Of a stretch of 64,000 nucleotides of DNA, positions 40,382-52,217 are shown in pieces. The stretch covers positions 18,972,001-19,036,000 of the forward strand of contig NC_043015.1 of assembly GCF_006345805.1 (NCBI RefSeq), given 5' to 3'. Origin of the DNA: Octopus sinensis (lineage: Eukaryota). Below the pieces are notes generated by a model that was not told where the DNA came from, ran no database searches, and saw only the letters and a list, made by a program, of their open reading frames with translations. Numbering within the stretch: position 1 is the stretch's first letter; each line of letters opens with the position of its first letter. The position numbers and the translations under genes are program-made.

Positions 40382-41582
40382 TTGTGTCTGGGGAGAGTCA
40401 TTCTCTTTTAGTACCATATAATTTAACACACTCACCGGTAAGATTTCCTCTCATTTTTATTTTTCTAAAATTTTCGTTGCGTCTTTCAACCTTTTCAATA
40501 GTTGTTGACTCTGTCCGTTATTCACACTGCGTTCCTTTTTGTTTGTTTCTTCGCATGTGTGTGGGTTAATGTGTGTGTGCGTACACATGCATGTACGTAT
40601 GTATGTATGCATGTGCGTGTATGCATGTATTTATGTATGTATATGTGTATGTATGTATTCTGCATATTCATGTGTTTGCGTGTTCGTGTTTGTGTGCTTT
40701 TATGTATGTGCGTGTGTTTGTATATGTGTGTGTGTGATTACCTCTGTCTCCTTGTATGTGTATGTATGAATGTGTGTGTATATGTGTACGTGCGTTTTAC
40801 AACTATGTACTGTGTTGGTATGTATGGACGTACATCTCCATATCTGTAGTCGTGTGTCTCCATATGTGTCTTTGTGTGAAGTAGTGTGTGTGTACATATG
40901 GTCATGTGTTTCAGTCTTCATTTGCATATGTGTGCTTGTCTGTTCATATAACCTAAGTACCTAACCGTCTGTATGTTGATTTGTTTACTTTCATATCCAT
41001 ATGCTTACATACATGTGCATATACATATATACATACATACACTCTCTCACATACACATACATACGTCTATCTACATAACAGCCTACTAACTATTCTACTC
41101 TACCTGTGTAAACTCTGGGTATAGGGGTATGATATCTACTATGTATATTTCCTATTTAGTATAGTTGCAAAACACACACACACTCAGACACGCACACACA
41201 AGGAGACAGAGGTACACACACACACACATATACAAGCACACACACATACATAAAACACACAAATATGGACACGCAACACATGAATATGCAGAATACATAC
41301 ATACAAATGTACACACATACATACATAAATACATAAATACGTACAAACACAAACATACATGCATGTGTATGCACACACACACATACACACACACTAACCC
41401 CCACACATGCACACAAACAAAATGAACGCTGCTTGAATAACGGACAGAGTCAACGACTATAGAAAAGGTTGGAAGATGCAACGAAAATTTTAGAAAAATA
41501 AAAATAAGAAATAAGTGGAAATTTTACTGGTGAGTGTGTTAAATTATAAGGCACAAAAAGAGAATGACGCTCCCCAGACACA
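40382..41582. repeat. Foldback structure: ~430 bp diverged inverted arms (40382-~40810 and ~41155-41582)
   Basis: ttgtgtctggggagagtcattctctttt...ccgttattca at 40382 is the reverse complement of 41435-41582; similarity continues through the TG/CA-rich interior. Confidence 0.85.
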
Positions 41583-42569
41583 ACAGAATATGCTTCAACA
41601 CACGAACTCACATAAAGAATCTTGCAAACCAAATCCCAAAACGAGATATTTATATTCGTTGATGGATATTTATAACGATGAGAAAAATACTTTAAACAGC
41701 ATGTTTCACTTTCTTAAGATAAAGGAATCGAATTTCTTGAGGAATGGAAAACAAACACATTTCTTTAATCTAAATTGGTCTTGATGGAATGAAGCTATGA
41801 ATACAGATAGTCAGACAACAGTATTTAATGTGCACTTTATTGAGACGGTGTGATGTGAGGGAGATTTGGTTACTATTTCTAGCAGGTCGAGCAACGGCAG
41901 AGAAACATACTCATTGGCTCAGGTGCATTATTTATATCTGTTAATTTATTTCTAATCTACTTTAATGTCGAAGATACAAATATAGTCTTGCGAATACGTT
42001 ATCAAAACAATATGAGAAATATTTTTATCGATTTTTTAAAAAGAAAATGATATTCTAGAGTATGCATGCATTCTTCGTGTTGATATTATTTGTAGTTATT
42101 TGTTAACAACGCTACTCTCGTCGCTCACTGATTATTAATCAGTAATGACAGTGCGAACTTTTATAATCAATAAAGTGGTTGAACCACTTCTGGGAAACAA
42201 CTCCTCATTCAGAATATCTAGAATAAATCAGATTTAATCTGATTGTAAAATATATAAATTTTATGTTAGATCATCAGAAACCTCGGTAAATCTTGATAAT
42301 CTGCCAATGCACCATAACTGAAAGATTTGAAATATTTCTTTTCATGAGTGTCCCATCCAAACACGTGATTACAATGAAAGCTTGATAACCCTCAAGTACT
42401 CTATCAACAGTGCTGGCACTTTATTCTGGAAGGCCAAGTTTGCCCAACTATAGATAACCAAATTAAGTTCATTCATGTGAGCAGCTGATCGTACAATATA
42501 ATTAAGCGATGTTTCATTCATTTGCGATACTGAGTTATTCATTGATGTATTTTATGTGATAAAGTTTAG

Positions 42570-42960
42570 GGAGTAGGCATGGCTGTGAAGCTTAGAAGCT
42601 TTGTTTACAACCAAGCAGTTTTAGATTCAGCCTCACTGCACAGTACCTTTGGCAATAGACTTCGACTATAATCTGGGAAAGATCAATGACTAGTGTATGA
42701 ATTTGGGTAACGAAAACTGTATAGCTGCCTGTCGTATATATGTGTGTTTGTGCGCGTGTGTACACGCGCGAGTGTTTGTCGTCTCCACCACCGCTTGACG
42801 GCTGCTGTTGGTTTGTTCACGTTCTTATAACTTAATGATTCGGCAAAAGAGACCTAAAGAATAAGTTCCGAAGTTAAAAAGTAAGGGTGGGGCGATTGTT
42901 CAACTAACCACGTTAAGGCAGTGCCCCAGCATGGTCACAGTCCAATGATTGAAATAAGTG
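42570..42960 (+). mobile_element. Diverged tRNA-derived SINE family B
   Basis: ggcatggctgtg head, then gattcagcctcactgcacagtacctttggcaa...ccaccaccgcttgac...gtgccccagcatggtcacagtc. Related pieces at about 35920-35990, 43085-43300, 54290-54436 and 62445-62475. Confidence 0.65.
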
Positions 42961-44958
42961 ACAATTTAAAAATTAATAGGCAATTTAGATATAGTTCTAA
43001 ATTTAAGCTCATAAAACTATGTAAATGTAACTATATGTGGTATAATTTAAAGTTATAATTTTGCTAGTTGTCCATGTTAAATGTCTTTGTGTGTGTGTTT
43101 ATCTTTCACCACCGTTGAGTAACCAGTGCTGGTGTGTTTACATCCCCGTAGCCTAGCGGTTCGACAAAAGTAACCGATAAAATAAGTACTAGGCTTTAAA
43201 AAAACCTGTGACCGATTTGTTCGACTAAAATCATCCAAAGCTATGCACCAGCATGGTCGCACTCAAATTACTGAAATAATTAAACAATAAAAGATATGAG
43301 TGTATGTTTGTGTTTGTGTGTGCGTGTGTGTTTGGTTGAACAAACTGAAGAAATGGAAATCAATACATGAGCATGCATTTACTTTCTTATTCTTTTTAGC
43401 CTACAGAACCTTACAAAAGAAACTCACGGGCCGAGTGTTTCGTGCAGGGTACACACGAAACTGTCAGCCATTGATTCATTTTTGTGACTTACTGATGATC
43501 ATTAAGTCGGGATTCGATTCCTGAACCCTGTGTTGTATTGCGTTCTTTTCAAGGCAATTAACTTCACTTTACTCCACTATACACCGCTAAAAAGGAATTT
43601 CAGCGGCAGTTTAGGGTTAAGCCGGCGAGGGCCTAGCGTCATACTCAAAGGGAAATGTTGTGCTTTCAGTTCTTTAAACGCCTCCCAAGCCAGAATAAGC
43701 TCCGGCCTGATTGGTCCGTAGCCGCATTACTGTTTTACCCCCCCCCCACCACCATCACCACAACCACCACACACACACTAATACAAACACACAGTTCATT
43801 CTGGTTGTTTTCACTTGTTGCTGCTTTGAATCCAAAGAGTTATTTGAACATTATCCAAACTAGTTGGGTTATTTGGAGCATATTCTACACGAAGCAAAGT
43901 TTTATTTTCAAGGTTCTTAACCTGACAATATACTTTGATAATTCGTTCCAGTTTCTGTTGTTGGAGTTGAAGGTGTCACTAATTTTTGACAACACAACTG
44001 CTCATCTAAATGTTCACTAATTTATCAGTTATGGTGGTAAAATAAGGTGGATGTTCTGATCAACCAATTTTACCTCAATGATCCAACCAATAGATGAAGA
44101 TACAATTGCAACAGACAAAGATATTTGAGCAATGGGCTTGTGTTGATAGAAAAGGGTTATCTTGGAAATCTACAAGGAGAAAGAACCTCTACCTTAATTC
44201 TGCAATATCCTATTTAGTAGCTTCATCAAAGTCACTACAGGAAATACTTGAAAAAATACTTTTGTACAATTTTCAAGTAGAATATGGTTTTAAATTATTC
44301 GAGGCGATTTTCATCGTTTGATTCAGAAAGTCGAGAAAACAGATGTGTCTCAACAGAGAATATGAGAACATGATAAGAAAATATAGTAACTCAAATGAGG
44401 AAAATATACCGGGCAAAGTTCTTGCTGGTTACAGCAAAGATAGCTGAAAACGTTGTTGAAAGGGACAAACATTGAATCTCTTGTATAAGAATCTCATGAA
44501 TCCCTAAGAACATTTCGTACATTGGCATATCAACAGAAACTCCTGCTTAACGATATTAACATCATAGAGCCTTAAGGCAAACAACAGAAAATCAAATCAT
44601 TCTTCAAGTCAGTTCGTCCCAACTCTGCTGCAGCTGTTAAACCTGTTGATGTTATTGACTTACCTACTTGATGTTGGAAAGATGACTTCTCAATCCTTAC
44701 AAATTGCTACGAGTGCGAGGGAAGGAGCAGTAGAGCATTTATTTCAGCTACTCAGAAAGACAACTTTGCTTTCGCATTTGGCTTACAAGATGCTTGATGT
44801 AAATTTGTGCGTTGAGACAAATCTTGTGTCATGGATGGGTCATTACACCGATCATATCAAACACTCGCATTAGTTCAGTATTACTTCCTTAGCGTTAATC
44901 AATCAGTTAAATATTTAACCAAATAACTAATCGACCATTGTTTGATGTGTTGGTTAAA

Positions 44959-46154
<1,196 letters not shown>

Positions 46155-46642
46155 TTAAATCTGTTGTAATACTTACAACATTTAATAAAAGGATGTAGTA
46201 CGAAACGATCGTACCAAATTACCGGAGTCATTCTTGTTGCTTATTTTTATTATAATCACTCCACGGATTTTTATGGATAACACCATACAGAATTCTGGTG
46301 CATCTAAATTAAGTACCATATTCATTTGAATCTAAATTTTTGCTGAACTTATAATTCCATACTTTGTGTATGCTTTCCGGTACTTAACTTCTCAACAAGG
46401 ATGAAAAAGGTAAATATAGAGTTTTCCCCAAAGGATATCCCCTTGCATAGTAAGGACGAATACATATGGCTGTTGATCCACAGAACCAATGAATTTATCC
46501 GAAGAATTATATGGATTACTTACCACTACGATACCAAACAGAATGAAGACCCTCAACTAATACACCTGAATAATCGCTACAAAAAGATTTTTAGAAGTAG
46601 GAAGAGCCCACCTCCGAATCCATTGCTTGAAAGCTTTGAAAG

Positions 46643-49026
46643 ATGTCTTGCAAACAACTTGCACATGCAAGTGCTACCAGTTAAAAGCTCCGTATACCGG
46701 AAGCTAGCAAGTGTATGGGGTCATCAGGAGAGAATGCGCGCCGTTTCGGGGCCTACCTCTCGACGGCAACAATGCGCATCGGCCCCCCTCACTGATATGA
46801 GGCCCTGCTTGCTAGATCAGCTGGTTATGAAGAACTCAATATACTTCTAGCCATCGCTCATCGTCTCTTTTTAACCAAATCCAGTGGCTAGCCTTCTCCA
46901 CTGTAAATTGGATATCAGTCATGGTGGTATTGACTTTACGATGAGTTAGGCCTAGCGATAACAACAGTCGTCTCACGCTGTGTCCAACAAACCCTCTACA
47001 TCCGACTTCGATAGGAAAATGTTCCGCTTTCCAGCCTGCATATTCACATTCCTCGAGGAGGTTTTCATAACGGTTCAATTTTCGAGCCCGAGCGGCGTCC
47101 ATATTATCTTCATGAGGAACCGTTAGCTCGACTATATTTACAATTTTCTTTCTTTCACACCATATCAAAATATCTGGTTTTTTCGAAACTGGGATGGGAA
47201 AGAAAACCTGGCACCCAGGTAAATCTGCAGTTACCTCCCAATAGCCGTTCCGCTTTTCATTTTTCTCAGGAAGTTTCTTGATCTTCTTGAAGCGGATCCA
47301 CTGACCTGGTCGCACGAAGGTAATGAAATCTCTTGATGGTACTTTCAACGGTTTTTCCTCAGTATTGTTGAGATGAATTTGGTTCTTTATAGCATTGAAG
47401 ATAACCTTAAGGACCAAGTTGTGCCTCCATGTGTACCGACCTTTCCACATTTGCAGATGTCATTCTCTAAGACGTTCCATCTTACTAGATTCGTAGGTGA
47501 TGGTAAAACATCATAAGATGAACGAATCAGGAAACTCAGCCGAGATGTCGTCCACTTCCACATCTCATCCCAACTTATCTTCCTCTCAACAACATGTTCT
47601 TCCCATCTCGTCATCTAACCTTGATGAACACATCGGATCAAATGAAGCTCTCTTCTCTCTGCTTCTCTTGTTTTGACGCTGTTGCTAACAACACTCTGCA
47701 TCATGCTTGCAAACGGTCTGAACTGATCTGCGTCAAAACCAAGTCCTTTCCGATGGTTCTGCGTTGCTCCCACCATATCTCTGTGTATAAGAGAAGACAA
47801 AATGTCGTCAGTTTCTGCTTCCGCTTTCCAGCCTGCGTATTCACATTCCTCGAGGAAGTTTTCATAACGGTTCAATTTTCGAGCCCGAGCGGCGTCCATA
47901 TTATCTTCATGAGGAACCGTTAGCTCGACTATATTTACAACTTTCTTTCTTTCACACCACATCAAAATATCTAGTTTTTTCGAAACTGGGATGGGAAAGA
48001 AAACCTGGCACCCAGGTAAATCTGCAGTTACCTCCCAATAGCCGTTCTGGTGGGTTACGCCTGATTTCCATATCCTTCGATTCTCTCAGCATCATGACCG
48101 TCCGTATCTTCCCCAGCTTATATATTTCGACTATTGATGCTATTGGTAGCTGCAACGAACCTCTTTTACGATAAAGAGCTGAGCTGTTCAACATACAAGG
48201 TAGGCCTAGCCACTTTCTAATGAACACATTACATTTTTGTTCAATCCTTTCAACTCGTGACAATGCTACTTTGTATATTAAAAGTGGCCACGTAAGTCGC
48301 GGGTACAATCCGAACTGCAAGCACCAAATTTTATATTTACCTGGTAACTTCGAATTATCAATCGCTGATAACCCAGCCTCGGCCTGTTTCATAATTTCAA
48401 TCCCACGACTTCTGTCTGACAATGTTCCAGCGTATACTCGTCCCAAGCTCTTGACGGGCTCTTCCTTGACTGTTGGAATGCTTTCTTCAGATATTCGAAA
48501 CTTAAATTCTTTTTGCACTCCCTTAACAAATGTCAGACTACGCGATTCTTTTGCTCCGAATCGCATCCTTGACCACCTTACAAGTTCGTCTAATTTCAAG
48601 AGGGCATTCTGCATGATTTGTTTATCTGTAGCTAGAAGTGTCACGTCATCCATGAAGGCTTTCTTAGGCGATTGTACATGGGCGATTTGTTCCGAAAAAT
48701 CTACACCTTTCAAAATCAACTCCATGACTAAGATAAACCACGTGACAGATATTGTACAGCCAGCAGCAATGCCAACCTCCAATCAGTGCCAATTTGTTGT
48801 AAAATTTCCAGTTGTAAACCTCATTTCAAAACTGTCATAGTACATCCTCATTATTTTGATCACTTTGTCAGGAATGTGGAAGTGGTCCATGGCTGTTATT
48901 AGTAATTTGTGTGGCACTGAACTATACGCGTTAGCTAGGTCGAGCCATATCACGTTCAGACTTTTCTTGTTCTGTTTGGCATCCTGGATCGCTTTCCAAA
49001 TCGAAAAACAGTGTTCAATGCATCCA
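46643..49026 (-). mobile_element. 5'-truncated HERO-type (R2 group, RLE endonuclease) non-LTR retrotransposon
   Basis: WLDLANAY, AGCTISVTWF, AFMDD, GRYTWRHNLVL, KKPDILIW...ELTVPHE...KL.RY, PIEVGCRG and KASHWIWLKR. Clade call is by motif recognition. 3' UTR about 190 nt, no poly(A), no TSD. Confidence 0.85.
46704..46815 (-). ncRNA. Candidate non-circularly permuted hammerhead ribozyme in the HERO 3' UTR
   Basis: gccg-TC-gagagg (46767-46756) pairs with GAAA-cggc (46747-46740) and with tctctc-CTGATGA (46733-46721). ggggcc (46786-46781) pairs with ggcccc just before GAAA. Outer stem ctagcaag/cttgctag. Confidence 0.55.
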
Positions 49027-50767
49027 GGACCTTATCGCAAATATAAAATTCAAGGAACATCCACTAAGATATAATCCACACCTTAGACATCTAGAGGATT
49101 TCTTTAAATCTATTCAAGATAAACAGGGCATCCTAGTCCCAGCCGACAAAACTGGAAACCTTTACAGAATGGATTATGCAACTTACAGCAAACTCATTAG
49201 AAAGGAACTAAACTTAAGGTATAAAGCAACAACTAAGAAAAACCTGAGAGAAATTAATTTAGAAATCAAAAAAGTTATGGTAAATTATGATCTGGCCGAT
49301 AGAACGGAGCCTCTAAAACCATGTGAACCCAGGATTAATCTTAAGGACCATAAGAAAAATTTCTCCGAAAACCCCTCGGTAAGACTCATATGTCCAACTA
49401 AGTCGGACATTGGCCGACCTTGCAAATTTATTTTGGACAATATTCTACCCCGTATAATTCCTAATCTCCCCTTGAGTCTATGGATTAATACAGATGAGGT
49501 AATAGATTGGTTTAAATCTCTAGATAACACTAATAAAATTTCTTTTATCCAATTTGACATAAACAATTACTATTCTAGTATATCCTCCATTCTACTTAAT
49601 AAATCACTTATTTTTGCTAAGAACCGCTCTCTCATATCTAGGGAGGAAATTGACATCATCCTATTTGCTAGAAAAACTATCATCGAATTTGAAGGAAAAT
49701 TATGGACTAGGGCGGATACCCCTAATAATTTTGATATACCTATGTGCTCTAGTGACTCGGTGGAGATAACTAATCTGGTGGGAACATACTTATTAAAATG
49801 CATAAACAGAGATATCCCAGAATTACAAGGTGGTCTATATAGGGATGATGCTTTGTTTGTTGTACCTAGCAATAATAAATCAAGTATTGAGAGGATAAAA
49901 AAGAAAATTAGCAAATTTTTCAAAGATTTTAACCTAGGCATTACTTATGAACCTAACACTAAGATAGTTAATTTCCTAGACGTTACCTTAGACTTAAATT
50001 CAATGTTACATTACATTTAGAAAGGAGGGCGAAGTCACTAGATATGTAAGTAAGTCATCTAATCACCCACCCACCCCCGAATATACTAAAATCATTAGTT
50101 AAAAATATTTCTCAAAGAATTTCAAAATTATCATCAAATAGTGAAATCTTTAACTCTCACTCTAATCATTACAATATCGCATTATCCAAGTCTGGATATG
50201 ACCAGGAAATCACCTTCCTTGATATGGATAGCTTAAATCTCCTAAATAATATAGTGAATGTAAATGACGTAAGTAATATAGACTCCCATACCCTACATAA
50301 ACATAAATTAATAGAGAAAAAGAACCTAGTGTATAAACCTAATTATAGGAATAGAAATGGTAAACAGATCATAAATAAATATGAAAATGCTAACCTAGAT
50401 AAACCCGATAGGCATAAAAATAGTACTAAAAGGAATAATAATTCTCCTACGAATACTGATAGCACTAATCCTTCCCACTCTTACTTAAACAAAAAATATA
50501 AAAGAGAAAATGTCATTTGGCTAAATATCCCCTGTAATTGTGCGATCTCGACGAATATGTGCAGTAGATTTAAATCTATACTGGAAAAAATTTCCCAGCC
50601 TCCCCTAAATATCATAAAATAATTTCTAAGAGATCAGTGAGAATTTCATATTCCACTCTCCCAAACATGGCTACCATAATAGCTAGACTTAATAGTAAAA
50701 ACATTAAGTTAGCCAGGAGTAGAATGAATAGTAACAACAATGATAGTAATAATAATTGTAAAAATAG

Positions 50768-50798
<31 letters not shown>

Positions 50799-50812
50799 GA
50801 TAATAATAATAA

Positions 50813-50843
<31 letters not shown>

Positions 50844-52125
50844 AAGAAGAAGAAGAAGAATGGTAATAATAAAAATAATATTAATAATGATGATGACAAT
50901 AATAATAATAATAATAACAACATTGATGTAAATAGTGATAATAATAATACCAATAATATAGGTAGTATAGACAAAAGTATGGTAGGTAAGGATGGTGAGG
51001 ATGGATTAATAACTAGTAACCTAATGAAAATAATACTAATACTAATAATAATTTAAATAACAGTAATGAAAGTGAACTGTCCTTAAATAATTCCTGTACC
51101 GAACACTATCCCCCCAGTTGTAATTGTAGGATTAGATCAAAATGTCCGGTATCTGGTCGTTGTTCGGTCCAAAACGTAATTTATAAATGTACGATAACTT
51201 CTAGCAATAGCTTTCTTTATTTCGGTTGTTCGGTGGATCTTAAAAGACGTCTTAACAATCATTTTTCCTCTTTTAGGCTCAAACATAAAGCAGGTTGCAC
51301 AACACTATCTAGCAAAATTTGGGAATTAAAAACAAATAATATAGAATTCAACCTAAAATGGGATATAGTAAGAAGGGCGCAACCTTATAGAAATAGTAGG
51401 GATGGTTATAAACTTTGTTCTATGGAAACTTATGAAATTTTAAAACATCAGAGTAATACAAATCTGTTGAATAACCGTCTGGGGTTGGGAGCATCTTGTA
51501 TACATCGTACAACCCGAACGTTTAAATACTTTAAATAATAATTTTGTGAGTACTCCTATATTTTTCAAATAAGAAGGAATATACCATACTGGCTTTCAAT
51601 TTAACATTCATAGATGACTAAAAAACTTCACAGCAAACTTGAAATTGAATTCTTTTTTTCTAAAATTAAACTGGCTTTAAAATTAATAAGGATTTCCCCA
51701 GTTAAAAAGTACTATGCCTACTCGTAATAAGTAATAGTCTTTTTTTTCCCTTTTTTTCTCTAAATTACACTCTCTGTGAATGTGATTGGGACCACTTGAC
51801 ATTGACCTAGTTCTCTCATCAAATAGTAGTAATTGGCATTTAGTAGTGACAATTGCTGTCTTCAACATGAATTCTTTTTATGGAGTTCTGAAACCCCCTT
51901 TACCCCATTTCTACAATTAGAAAATCTTCATTGCTTCCTTCAACTTACTTCTCACTCTCACAACCTTACAGCAGTCTGAAACAACCAAATCTTAGTCAGT
52001 CAGAGGAGGTACTCCACTACCTCATATGTTCTTAAAATTTAAATCCACATCTTTGTCTATATATCTGCCTTCTCTATAATGTTGCCACTTGATTTGAAAA
52101 TTTTTGTATTAATGGAAAACCTCTA

Positions 52126-52217
52126 TAATTGGCTGATGTGTAATCAGCATCTTAAATCTGTTGTAATACTTACAACATTTAATAAAATGATGTAGTACGA
52201 AACGATCGTACCAAATT
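52126..52217 (+). ncRNA. Type I hammerhead motif in the Penelope 3' terminal repeat, with an A9-to-U core substitution
   Basis: ttgg-CTGATGT (52133-52139), 59-nt stem II (gta/tac, catc/gatg, ttaaa/tttaa, tgttgtaa/ttacaaca), GAAAC-GATC-GTA (52199-52210), then ccaa closing stem I. Confidence 0.65.

Larger units (their letters stand above)
46401..51538 (+). pseudogene. Penelope ORF: 46401-46642 joined to 49027-50020, then ~3 frameshifts to the GIY-YIG ending at 51538
   Basis: Removing the insert gives an uninterrupted frame ...PLLESFE(R/K)DLIANIKFKEHP...ADKTGNLYRMDY... from 46401 to 50020 (frame and absence of stops checked by hand). Confidence 0.85.

Noticed and set aside
46704-46815. HDV-like ribozyme fold for the HERO 3' UTR pseudoknot
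   Set aside because: No P3/L3, P1.1 or J4/2 elements in the required order; the hammerhead core fits better.
46401-46850. 149-aa ORF as an independent gene
   Set aside because: It is the Penelope N-terminus reading into the antisense HERO 3' UTR.
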